The notes below the pieces were generated by a model, which was not told where the DNA came from, made no database searches, and saw only the letters and a list, made by a program, of their open reading frames with translations. A program made the position numbers and the translations under genes. A stretch of 64,000 nt of DNA from Mobula hypostoma (taxonomy: Eukaryota), in NCBI RefSeq assembly GCF_963921235.1, contig NC_086108.1, positions 43,092,001 to 43,156,000 on the forward strand, read 5' to 3'. Below are positions 12,001 to 24,000 of the stretch, piece by piece; position 1 is the stretch's first letter, and each line of letters starts with the position of its first letter.

Positions 12001-15000
12001 CTCCAGCCTCGCCTCAAGTCTCCAGCCTCGCCTCGCCTCATCTTCAGCATCGCCTCGCTTTTAGTCACCAGTCTCCAGCCTGCAGCGTCGCCTCTAGTCT
12101 CGTCTCCAGCCTGCAGCCTCGCCTCTAGTCTCCAGCTTCGCCTCACCTCATCTTCAGCATCGCCTCGCTTTTAGTCACCAGTCTCCAGCCTGCAGCCTCG
12201 CCTCGTCTCGTCTCCAGCCTCACCTTGCCTCGCCTCAAGTCTCCAGCCTCGCCTTGCCTCAAGTCTCCAGCCTCGCCTCGCCTCATCTTCAGCTTCGCCT
12301 CGCTTTTAGTCACCAGTCTCCAGCCTGCAGCCTCGCCTCCAGTCTCCAGTCTCCAGGCTGCAGCCTCGCCTCTAGTCTCCAGCCTCGCCTCGCCTCAAGT
12401 CTCCAGTCTCGCCTCGCCTCGCCTCTAGGCTCCAGCCTCGCCTCTAGTCTCCAGCCTCGCCTCGCCTCTAGGCTCCAGCCTCGCCTCGTCTCCAGCCTCG
12501 CCTCGCCTCTAGGCTCCAGCCTCGCCTCTAGTCTCCAGCCTCGCCTCGCCTCTAGGTTCCAGCCTCGCCTCACCCCAAGTCTCCAGCCTCGCCTCGCCTC
12601 GCCTCTAGTCTCCAGCCTCGCCTCGCCTCAAGTCTCCCGCCTCGCCTCAAGTCTCCAGCCTCGCCTCGCCTCTAGTCTCCAGCCTCGCCTCGCCTTTAGT
12701 CTCCAGTCTCCAACCTGCAGCCTTTCCTCTAGTCTCCAGTCTCCAGCCTGCAGCCTCGCTCCTAGTCTCTAGTCTCGTCTCCAGCCTGCAGCCTTGCCTC
12801 TAGTCTCTAGTCTCCAGTCTCCATCCTTGCCTTGCCTCGCCTCTAGTCTCCAGCCTCGCCTCTAGTCTCCAGCCTCGCCTCTAGTCTCCAGCCTCGCCTC
12901 GTCTCCAGCCTCGCCTCTAGCCTCTAGACTCCAGCCTTGCCTCGCCTCTAGTCTCCAGCCTGCAGCCTCGCCTCTAGTCTCCAGCCTCGCCTCGCCTCTA
13001 GTCTCCAGCCTCGCCTCGCTTCAAGTCTCCCGCCTCGCCTCGCCTCTAGTCTCCAGCCTCACCTCGCCTCGCCTCTAGTCTCCAGCCTCACCTCGCCTCG
13101 CCTCTAGTCTCCAGCCTCGCTTCGCCTCTAGTCTCTAGCCTCGCCTCTAGTCTCCAGCCTCGCCTCTAGTCTCCAGCCTCGCCTCGCCTCTAGCCTCTAG
13201 TCTCCAGCCTTGCCTCGCCTCTAGTCTCCAGCCTGCAGCCTCGCCTCTAGTCTCCAGCCTCGCCTCACCTCTAGTCTCCAGCCTCGCCTCAAGTCTCCAG
13301 CCTCGCCTCTAGCCTCTAGTCTCCAGCCTTGCCTCGCCTCTAGTCTCCAGCCTGCAGCCTCGCCTCTAGTCTCCAGCCTCGCCTCGCCTCTAGTCTCCAG
13401 CCTCGCCTCGCTTCAAGTCTCCCGCCTCGCCTCGCCTCTAGTCTCCAGCCTCACCTCGCCTCGCCTCTAGTCTCCAGCCTCGCCTCGCCTCTAGTCTCCA
13501 GCCTCGCCTCTAGTCTCCAGCCTTGCCTCGCCTCTAGTCTCCAGCCTGCAGCCTCGTCTCTAGTCTCCAGCCTCGCCTCGCCTCTAGTCTCCAGCCTCAC
13601 CTCACCTGGCCTCAAGTCTCCAGCCTCGCCTCGCCTCAAGTCTCCAGCCTCGCCTCGCCTCTAGTCTCCAGCCTGCAACTTCGCCTCTAGTCTCGTCTCC
13701 TGCTTGCAGCCTCGCCTCTAGTCTCAAGTCTCCAGCCTGCAGTCTCGCCTTTAGTCTCCAGCCTCGCCTCGCCTCGCCTCTAGTCTCCAGCCTCGCCTCA
13801 CCTCAAGTCTCCAGCCTCGCCTCGCCTCTAGTCTCCAGCCTCGCCTCGCCTTTAGTCTCCAGTCTCCAACCTGCAGCCTTTCCTCTAGTCTCCAGTCTCC
13901 AGCCTACAGCCTCGCTCCTAGTCTCTAGTCTCGTCTCCAGCCTGCAGCCTTGCCTCTAGTCTCTAGTCTCCAGTCTCCATCCTTGCCTCGCCTCGCCTCT
14001 AGTCTCCAGCCTCGCCTCAAGTCTCCAGCCTCGCCTCGCCTCTAGTCTCCATCCTTGCCTCGCCTCACCTCTAGTCTCCAGCCTCGCCTCTAGTCTCCAG
14101 CCTTGCCTCGCCTCTAGTCTCCAGCCTGCAGCCTCGCCTCTAGTCTCCAGCCTCGCCTCGCCTCTAGTCTCCAGCCTCGCCTCGCTTCAAGTCTCCTGCC
14201 TCGCCTCGCCTCTAGTCTCCAGCCTCACCTCGCCTCACCTCTAGTCTCCAGCCTCGCCTCGCCTCTAGTCTCCAGCCTCGCCTCTAGTCTCCAGCCTTGC
14301 CTCGCCTCTAGTCTCCAGCCTGCAGCCTCGCCTCTAGTCTTCAGCCTTGCCTTGCCTCTAGTCTCCAGCCTGCAGCCTCGTCTCTAGTCTCCAGCCTCGC
14401 CTCGCCTCTAGTCTCCAGCCTCACCTCGCCTGGCCTCAAGTCTCCAGCCTCGCCTCGCCTCAAGTCTCCAGCCTCACCTCGCCTCTAGTCTCCAGCCTGC
14501 AACTTCGCCTCTAGTCTCGTCTCCTGCCTGCAGCCTCGCCTCTAGTCTCAAGTCTCCAGCCTGCAGTCTCGCCTTTAGTCTCCAGCCTCGCCTCGCCTTT
14601 AGTCTCCAGCCTCGCCTCACCTCAAGTCTCCAGCCTCGCCTCAAGTCTCCAGCCTCGCCTCGCTTCTAGTCACCAGTCTCCAGCCTGCAGCCTCGCCTCT
14701 AGTCTCCAGCCTCGCCTCACCTCGCCTCAAGTCTCCAGCCTCGCCTCGCCTTTAGTCTGCAGTCTCCAGCCTCGCCTCAAGTCTCAAGTCCCCAGCCTGC
14801 AGCCCCGCCTCTAGTCTCTAGTCTCGTCTCCAGCCTGCAGCCTTGCCTCTAGTCTCCAGTCTCCAGCCTCGCCTCGCCTCTAGTCTCCAGCCTCGCCTCT
14901 AGTCTCCAGCCTTGCCTCGCCTCTAGTCTCCAGCCTGCAGCCTCGCCTCTAGTCTCCAGCCTGTAGCCTCGCCTCTAGTCTCCAGCCTTGCCTCGCCTCT

Positions 15001-18000
15001 AGTCTCCAGCCTCGCCTCGCCTCAAGTCTCCAGCCTCGCCTCGCCTCTAGTCTCCAGCCTGCAACTTCGCCTCTAGTCTCGTCTCCTGCCTGCAGCCTCG
15101 CCTCTAGTCTCAAGTCTCCAGCCTGCAGTCTCGCCTTTAGTCTCCAGCCTCGCCTCGCCTCGCCTTTAGTCTCCAGCCTCGCCTCACCTCAAGTCTCCAG
15201 CCTCGCCTCAAGTCTCCAGCCTCGCCTCGCTTCTAGTCACCAGTCTCCAGCCTCGCCTCTAGTCTCCAGCCTCGCCTCACCTCACCTCAAGTCTCCAGCC
15301 TCGCCTCGCCTTTAGTCTGCAGTCTCCAGCCTCGCCTCAAGTCTCAAGTCTCCAGCCTGCAGCCCCGCCTCTAGTCTCTAGTCTCATCTCCAGCCTGCAG
15401 CCTTGCCTCTAGTCTCTAGTCTCCAGTCTCCAGTCTCCAGCCTCGCCTCAAGTCTCAAGTCTCCAGCCTGCAGCCCCGCCTCTAGTCTCTAGTCTCATCT
15501 CCAGCCTGCAGCCTTGCCTCTAGTCTCTAGTCTCCAGTCTCCAGCCTCGCCTCGCCTCAAGTCTCCAGCCTCGCCTCTAGTCTCCAGCCTTGCCTCGCCT
15601 CTAGTCTGCAGCCTGCAGCCTCGCCTCTAGTCTCCAGCCTTGCCTCGCCTCTAGTCTCCAGCCTGTAGCCTCGCCTCTAGTCTCCAGCCTTGCCTCGCCT
15701 CTAGTCTCCAGCCTCGCCTCGCCTCGCCTCAAGTCTCCAGCCTCACCTCGCCTCAAGTCTCCAGCCTCGCCTCACCTCTAGTCTCCAGCCTCGCCTCGCC
15801 TTTAGTCTCCAGTCTCCAACCTGCAGCCTCTCCTCTAGTCTCCAGTCTCCAGCCTGCAGCCTCGCTCCTAGTCTCTAGTCTCGTCTCCAGTCTCCAGCCT
15901 GCAGACTTCCCTCTAGTCTCCATCCTTGCCTCGCCTCGCCTCTAGTCTCCAGCCTCGCCTCGTCTCCAGCCTCGCCTCGCCTCTAGTCTCCAGCCTCGCC
16001 TCTAGTCTCCAGCCTTGCCTCGCCTCTAGTCTCCAGCCTGCAGCCTCGCCTCTAGTCTCCAGCCTTGCCTCGCCTCTAGTCTCCAGCCTGCAGCCTCACC
16101 TCTAGTCTCCAGCCTCGCCTCGCCTCTAGTCTCCAGCCTCGCCTCGCCTCAAGTCTCCAGCCTCACCTCGCCTGGCCTCAAGTCTCCAGCCTCGCCTCGC
16201 CTCGCCTCTAGTCTCCAGCCTGCAACTTCGCCTCTAGTCTCGTCTCCTGCCTGCAGGCTCGCCTCTAGTCTCAAGTCTCCAGCCTGCAGTCTCGCCTTTA
16301 GTCTCCAGCGTCGCCTTGCCTCGCCTCGCCTTTAGTCTCCAGCCTCGCCTCACCTCAAGTCTCCAGCCTCGCCTCGCTTCTAGTCACCAGTCTCCAGCCT
16401 GCAGCGTCGCCTCCAGTCTCCAGCCTGCAGCCTCGCCTCTAGTCTCCAGCCTCGCCTCACCTCGCCTCAAGTCTCCAGCCTCGCCTCGTCTTTAGTCTGC
16501 AGTCTCCAGCCTCGCCTCAAGTCTCAAGTCTCCAGCCTGCAGCCCCGCCTCTAGTCTCTAGTCTCGTCTCCAGCCTGCAGCCTTGCCTCTAGTCTCTAGT
16601 CTCCAGTCTCCAGCCTCGCCTCAAGTCTCAAGTCTCCAGCCTCGCCTCGCCTCTAGTCTCCAGCCTCGCCTCTAGTCTCCAGCCTGCAGCCTCGCCTCTA
16701 GTCTGCAGCCTGCAGCCTCGCCTCTAGTCTCCAGCCTTGCCTCGCCTCTAGTCTCCAGCCTGCAGCCTCGCCTCTAGTCTCCAGCCTCGCCTCGCGTCTC
16801 CAGCCTCGCCTCGCCTCAAGTCTCCAGCCTCACCTCGCCTGGCCTCAAGTCTCCAGCCTCGCCTCGCCTCAAGTCTCCAGCCTCGCCTCGCCTCTAGTCT
16901 CCAGCCTGCAACTTCGCCTCTAGTCTCGTCTCCTGCCTGCAGCCTCGCCTCTAGTCTCAAGTCTCCAGCCTGCAGTCTCGCCTTTAGTCTCCAGCCTCGC
17001 CTCGCCTCACCTCTTGTCTCCAGCCTCGCCTCACCTCAAGTCTCCAGCCTCGCCTCGCCTTTAGTCTGCAGTCTCCAGCCTCGCCTCAAGTCTCAAGTCT
17101 CCAGCCTGCAGCCCCACCTCTAGTCTCTAGTCTCGTCTCCAGCCTGCAGCCTTGCCTCTAGTCTCTAGTCTCCAGTCTCCAGCCTCGCCTCGCCTCAAAT
17201 CTCCAGCCTCGCCTCGCCTCTAGTCTCCAGCCTCGCCTCGCCTCGCCTCTAGTCTCCAGCCTCGCCTCGCCTCGCCTCTAGTCTCCAGCCTCGCCTCGCC
17301 TTTAGTCTCCAGTCTCCAACCTGCAGCCTCTCCTCTAGTCTCCAGTCTCCAGCCTGCAGCCTCGCCTCTAGTCTCCATCCTTGCCTCACCTCGCCTCTAG
17401 TCTCCAGCCTCGCCTCTAGTCTCCAGCCTCGCCTCAAGTCTGCGGCCTCGCCTCGCCTCTAGTCTCCATCCTTGCCTCGCCTCACCTCTAGTCTCCAGCC
17501 TCGCCTCAAGTCTCCAGCCTCGCCTCGCCTCTAGCCTCCAGTCTCCAGCCTGCAGCCTCGCCTCTAGTCTCCATCCTTGCCTCGCCTCTAGTCTCCAGCC
17601 TCGCCTCTAGTCTCCAGCCTCGCCTCAAGTTTCCAGCCTCGCCTCGCCTCTAGCCTCTAGTCTCCAGCCTTGCCTCGCCTCTAGTCTCCAGCCTGCAGCC
17701 TCGCCTCGCCTCTAGTCTCCAGCCTCGCCTCAAGTCTCCAGCCTCGCCTCGCCTCTAGTCTCCAGCCTCGCCTCTAGTCTCCAGCCTTGCCTCGCCTCTA
17801 GTCTCCAGCCTGCAGCCTCGCCTCTAGTCTCCAGCCTTGCCTCGCCTCTAGTCTCCAGCCTGCAGCCTCGCCTCTAGTCTCCAGCCTCGCCTCGCCTCTA
17901 GTCTCCAGCCTCACCTCGCCTCAAGTCTCCAGCCTCGCCTCGCCTTGCCTCAAGTCTCCAGCCTCGCCTCGCCTCTAGCCTCCAGCCTGCAACTTCGCCT

Positions 18001-21000
18001 CTAGTCTCGTCTCCTGCCTGCAGCCTCGCCTCTATTCTCAAGTCTCCAGCCTGCAGTCTCGCCTTTAGTCTCCAGCCTCGCCTCTAGTCTCCAGCCTCGC
18101 CTCACCTCAAGTCTCCAGCCTCGCCTCAAGTCTCCAGCCTCGCCTTGCTTCTAGTCACCAGTCTACAGCCTGCAGCATCGCCTCCAGTCTCCAGCCTGCA
18201 GCCTCGCCTCACCTCGCCTCAAGTCTCCAGCCTCGCCTCGCCTTTAGTCTCCAGTCTCCAGCCTCGCCTCAAGTCTCAAGTCTCCAGCCTGCAGCCCTGC
18301 CTCTAGTCTCCAGCCACGCCTCGCCTCTAGTCTCCAGCCTCGCCTCGCCTCGTCTCCAGCCTCGCCTCAAGTCTCCAGCCTCGCCTCGCCTCAAGTCTCC
18401 AGCCTCGCCTTGCTTCTAGTCACCAGTCTACAGCCTGCAGCATCGCCTCCAGTCTCCAGCCTGCAGCCTCGCCTCACCTCGCCTCAAGTCTCCAGCCTCG
18501 CCTCGCCTTTAGTCTCCAGTCTCCAGCCTCGCCTCAAGTCTCAAGTCTCCAGCCTGCAGCCCCGCCTCTAGTCTCAAGTCTCCAGTATCCAGCCTGCAGC
18601 GTCGCCACTAGACTCCAGCCATGCCTCGCCTCTAGTCTCCAGCCTCGCCTCAAGTCTCCAGCCTTGCCTCAAGTCTCCAGCCTCGCCTCGCCCCGCCTCA
18701 AGTCTCCAGCCTCGCCTCGCCTCAGCTCAATTCTCCAGCCTCACCTCACCTCATCTCCAGCCTCGCCTCGCTTCTAGTCACCAGTCTCCAGCCTGCAGCC
18801 TCGTCTCTAGTCTCAAGTCTCCAGCCTGCACCTCGCCTCTAGTTTCAAGTCTCCAGTCTCAAGCCTACAGCCTCGCCCCTAGTCTCGTCTCCAGTCTTCA
18901 GCCTCGCCTCGTCTCCAGCCTCGCCTCGCCTCAAGTCTCCAGCCTTGCCTCACCTCGCCTCCAGTCTCGCCTCACCTTTAGTCTCCAGTCTCCAGCCTGC
19001 AGCCCCGCCTCTAGTCTCCAGCCTCGCCTCGCCTCGCCTCTAGTCTCCAGCCTCGCCTCGCCTCAAGTCTCCAGCCTCACCTCGCCTGAAGTCTCCAGCC
19101 TCGCCTCGCCTCTAGTCTCCAGCCTGCAGCCTCGCCTCGTCTCCAGCCTCGCCTCGCCTCGCCTCAAGTCTCCAGCCTCGCCTTGCATCGCCTCAAGTCT
19201 CCAGCCTCGCCTCGCCTCAAGTCTCCAGCCTCGCCTCGCCTCATCTTCAGCTTCGCCTCGCTTTTAGTCACCAGTCTATAGACGCCTGCAGCGTCGCCTC
19301 TAGTCTCCAGTTTCCAGCCTGAAGCCCCGCCTCTAGTCACAAGTCTCCAGCCTGCAGCCTCGCCTCTAGTCTCCAGCCTCGCCTCGCCTCAAGTCTCCAG
19401 CCTCACCTCGCCTCTAGTCTCCAGCCTCGCCTTGCTTCTAGTCACCAGTCTACAGCCTGCAGCGTCGCCTCCAGTCTCCAGCCTGCAGCCTCGCCTCTAG
19501 TCTCCAGCCTCGCCTCACCTCGCCTCAAGTCTCCAGCCTCGCCTCGCCTTTAGTCTGCAGTCTCCAGCCTCGCCTCAAGTCTCAAGTCTCCAGCCTGCAG
19601 CCCCGCCTCTAGTCTCAAGTCTCCAGTATCCAGCCTGCAGTGTCGCCTCTAGACTCCAGCCATGCCTCGCCTCTAGTCTCCAGCCTCGCCTCGCCCCGCC
19701 TCAAGTCTCCAGCCTCGCCTCGCCTCAGCTCAATTCTCCAGCCTCACCTCACCTCATCTCCAGCCTCGCCTCGCTTCTAGTCACCAGTCTCCAGCCTGCA
19801 GCCTCGCCTCTAGTCTCAAGTCTCCAGCCTGCAGCCTCGCTCCTAGTCTCTAGTCTCGTCTCCAGCCTGCAGCCTTGCCTCTAGTCTCCAGTCTCCATCC
19901 TTGCCTCGCCTCGCCTCTAGTCTCCAGCCTCGCCTCGCCTCTAGTCTCCATCCTTGCCTCGCCTCACCTCTAGTCTCCAGCCTCGCCTCTAGTCTCCAGC
20001 CTTGCCTCGCCTCTAGTCTCCAGCCTGCAGCCTCGCCTCTAGTCTCCAGCCTCGCCTCGCCTCTAGTCTCCAGCCTCGCCTCGCTTCAAGTCTCCCGCCT
20101 CGCCTCGCCTCTAGTCTCCAGCCTCACCTCGCCTCACCTCTAGTCTCCAGCCTCGCCTCGCCTCTAGTCTCCAGCCTCGCCTCTAGTCTCCAGCCTTGCC
20201 TCGCCTCTAGTCTCCAGCCTGCAGCCTCGCCTCTAGTCTTCAGCCTTGCCTCACCTCTAGTCTCCAGCCTGCAGCCTCGTCTCTAGTCTCCAGCCTCGCC
20301 TCGCCTCTAGTCTCCAGCCTCACCTCGCCTGGCCTCAAGTCTCCAGCCTCGCCTCGCCTCTAGTCTCCAGCCTGCAACTTCGCCTCTAGTCTCGTCTCCT
20401 GCCTGCAGCCTCGCCTCTAGTCTCAAGTCTCCAGCCTGCAGTCTCGCCTTTAGTCTCCAGCCTCGCCTCGCCTCGCCTTTAGTCTCCAGCCTCGCCTCAC
20501 CTCAAGTCTCCAGCCTCGCCTCAAGTCTCCAGCCTCGCCTCGCCTCGCCTCAAGTCTCCAGCCTCGCCTTGCCTCGCCTCAAGTCTCCAGCCTCACCTCA
20601 ACTAGTCTCCAGCCTCGCCTCGCCTTGCCTCAAGTCTCCAGCCTCAATTCTAGTCTCTAGCCTGCAGCCTGGACTCTAGTCTCCAGCCTCGCCTCGCCTC
20701 AAGTCTCCAGCCTCGCCTCGCCTCATCTTCAGCTTCGCCTCGCTTTTAGTCACCAGTCTCCAGCCTGCAGCCTCGCCTCTAGTCTCAAGTCTCCAGCCTC
20801 GCCTCGCCTCAAGTCTCCAGCCTCGCCTTGCCTCGCCTCAAGTCTCCAGCCTCGCCTCGCCTCATCTTCAGCTTCGCCTCGCTTTTAGTCACCAGTCTCC
20901 AGCCTGCAGCGTCGCCTCTAGTCTCCAGTCTCCAGCCTCGCCTCTAGTCTCCAGCCTCGCCTCGCCTCACCTCTAGTCTCTAGCCTCGCCTCGTCTCCAG

Positions 21001-24000
21001 CCTCGCCTCACCTCAGGTCTCCAGCCTCACCTCGCCTGGCCTCAAGTCTCCAGCCTCGCCTCGCCTCAAGTCTCCAGCCTCGCCTCGCCTCAAGTCTGCA
21101 GCCTCGCCTCGTCTCAAGTTTCCAGCCTCGCCTCGACTTGTCTCCAGCCTCGCCTCGCAGCAAGTCTCCCGCCTCGCCTCGCCTCAAGTCTCCAGCCTCG
21201 CCTCGCCTCAAGTCTCCAGCCTCGCCTCACCTCTAGTCTCCAGCCTCGCCTCGTCTCCAGCGTCGCCTCGCCTCTAGTCTCCAGCCTCACCTCACCTTTA
21301 GTCTCCAGTCTCCAGCCTCGCCTCGCCTCTAGTCTCCAGCATCGCCTCGCCTCGCCTCTAGTCTCCAGCATCGCCTCGCCTCGCCTCTAGTCTCCAGCCT
21401 CGCCTCGCCTCAAGTCTCCAGCCTCGCATCGCCTCTGGTCTCCAGCCTCACCTCGCCTCGCCTCTAGTCTCCAGCCTTGCCTCGCCTCAAGTCTCCAGCC
21501 TCGCCTCGCCTCTAGTCTCCAGCCTCGCCTCGCCTCAAGTCTCCAGCCTCGCATCGCCTCTGGTCTCCAGCCTCACCTCGCCTCGCCTCTAGTCTCCAGC
21601 CTTGCCTCGCCTCAAGTCTCCAGCCTCGCCTCGCCTCGCCTCAAGTCTGCAGCCTCGCCTCGCCTCAAGTCTGCAGCCTCGCCTCGTCTCAAGTTTCCAG
21701 CCTCGCCTCGACTTGTCTCCAGCCTCGCCTCGCAGCAAGTCTCCCGCCTCGCCTCGCCTCAAGTCTCCAGCCTCGCCTCGCCTCAAGTCTCCAGCCTCGC
21801 CTCACCTCTAGTCTCCAGCCTCGCCTCGTCTCCAGCGTCGCCTCGCCTCTAGTCTCCAGCCTCACCTCACCTTTAGTCTCCAGTCTCCAGCCTCGCCTCG
21901 CCTCTAGTCTCCAGCATCGCCTCGCCTCGCCTCTAGTCTCCAGCCTCGCCTCGCCTCAAGTCTCCAGCCTCGCATCGCCTCTGGTCTCCAGCCTCACCTC
22001 GCCTCGCCTCTAGTCTCCAGCCTTGCCTCGCCTCAAGTCTCCAGCCTCGCCTCGCCTCGCCTCAAGTCTGCAGCCTCGCCTCGCCTCAAGTCTGCAGCCT
22101 CGCCTCGTCTCAAGTTTCCAGCCTCGCCTCGACTTGTCTCCAGCCTCGCCTCGCAGCAAGTCTCCCGCCTCGCCTCGCCTCAAGTCTCCAGCCTCGCCTC
22201 GCCTCAAGTCTCCAGCCTCGCCTCACCTCTAGTCTCCAGCCTCGCCTCGTCTCCAGCGTCGCCTCGCCTCTAGTCTCCAGCCTCACCTCACCTTTAGTCT
22301 CCAGTCTCCAGCCTCGCCTCGCCTCTAGTCTCCAGCATCGCCTCGCCTCGCCTCTAGTCTCCAGCATCGCCTCGCCTCGCCTCTAGTCTCCAGCCTCGCC
22401 TCGCCTCAAGTCTCCAGCCTCGCATCGCCTCTGGTCTCCAGCCTCACCTCGCCTCGCCTCTAGTCTCCAGCCTTGCCTCGCCTCAAGTCTCCAGCCTCGC
22501 CTCGCCTCGCCTCAAGTCTGCAGCCTCGCCTCGCCTCAATTCTGCAGCCTCGCCTCGTCTCAAGTCTCCAGCCTCGCCTCGACTTGTCTCCAGCCTCGCC
22601 TCGCCGCAAGTCTCCCGCCTCGCCTCGCCTCAAGTCTCCAGCCTCGCCTCAACTTGTCTCCAGCCTCGCCTCGCCTCAAGTCTCCAGACTTGCCTTGCCT
22701 TGTCTCCAGCGTCGCCTCGCCTCTAGTCTCCAGCCTCACCTCGCCTCTAGTCTCCAGCCTCGCCTCAAGTCTTCAGCCTCGCCTCGCCTCGCCTCAAGTC
22801 TCCAGCCTTGCCTCGCCGCAAGTCTCCAGCCTCGCCTCGCCTCAAGTCTCCAGCCTCGCCTCGCCTCAAGTCTCCAGCCTCGCCTCGCCTCGCCTCGTCT
22901 CCAGACTTGCCTTGCCTTGTCTCCAGCGTCGCCTCGCCTCTAGTCTCCAGCCTCACCTCGCCTCTAGTCTCCAGCCTCGCCTCAAGTCTTCAGCCTCGCC
23001 TCGCCTCGCCTCAAGTCTCCAGCCTTGCCTCGCCGCAAGTCTCCAGCCTCGCCTCGCCTCAAGTCTCCAGCCTCGCCTCGCCTCAAGTCTCCAGCCTCGC
23101 CTCGCCTCGCCTCAAGTCTCCAGCCTCGCCTCGCCTCAAGTCTGCAGCCTCGCCTCGCCTTAAGTCTGTAGCCTCGCCTCGCCTCAAGTCTCCAGCCTCG
23201 CCTCGCCTCTAGTCTCCAGCCTGCAACTTCGCCTCTAGTCTCGTCTCCTGCCTGCAGCCTCGCCTCTAGTCTCAAGTCTCCAGCCTGCAGTCTCGCCTTT
23301 AGTCTCCAGCCTCGCCTCGCCTCGCCTCTAGTCTCCAGCCTCGCCTCACCTCAAGTCTCCAGCCTCGCCTCGCTTCTAGTCACCAGTCTCCAGCCTGCAG
23401 CCTCGCCTCTAGTCTCCAGCCTCGCCTCGCCTCGTCTCGTCTCCAGCCTCACCTTGCCTTGCCTCAAGTCTCCAGCCTCGCCTCGCCTCAAGTCTCCAGC
23501 CTCGCCTCGCCTCATCTTCAGCTTCGCCTCGCTTTTAGTCACCAGTCTCCAGCCTGCAGCGTCGCCTCCAGTCTCCAGTCTCCAGGCTGCAGCCTCGCCT
23601 CTAGTCTCCAGCCTCGCCTCGCCTCAAGTCTCCAGCCTCGCCTCGCCTCTAGTCTCCAGCCTCGCCTCTAGGCTCCAGCCTCGCCTCGCCTCTAGGCTCC
23701 AGCCTCGCCTCGCCTCAAGTCTCCAGCCTCGCCTCGCCTCTAGTCTCCAGCCTCGCCTCTAGTCTCCAGCCTCGCCTCGCCTCGCCTCAAGTCTCCCGCC
23801 TCGCCTCGCCTCAAGTCTCCAGCCTCGCCTCGCCTCTAGTCTCCAGCCTCGCCTCGCCTTTAGTCTCCAGTCTCCAACCTGCAGCCTTTCCTCTAGTCTC
23901 CAGTCTCCAGCCTGCAGCCTCGCTCCTAGTCTCTAGTCTCGTCTCCATCCTGCAGCCTTGCCTCTAGTCTCTAGTCTCCAGTCTCCATCCTTGCCTCGCC

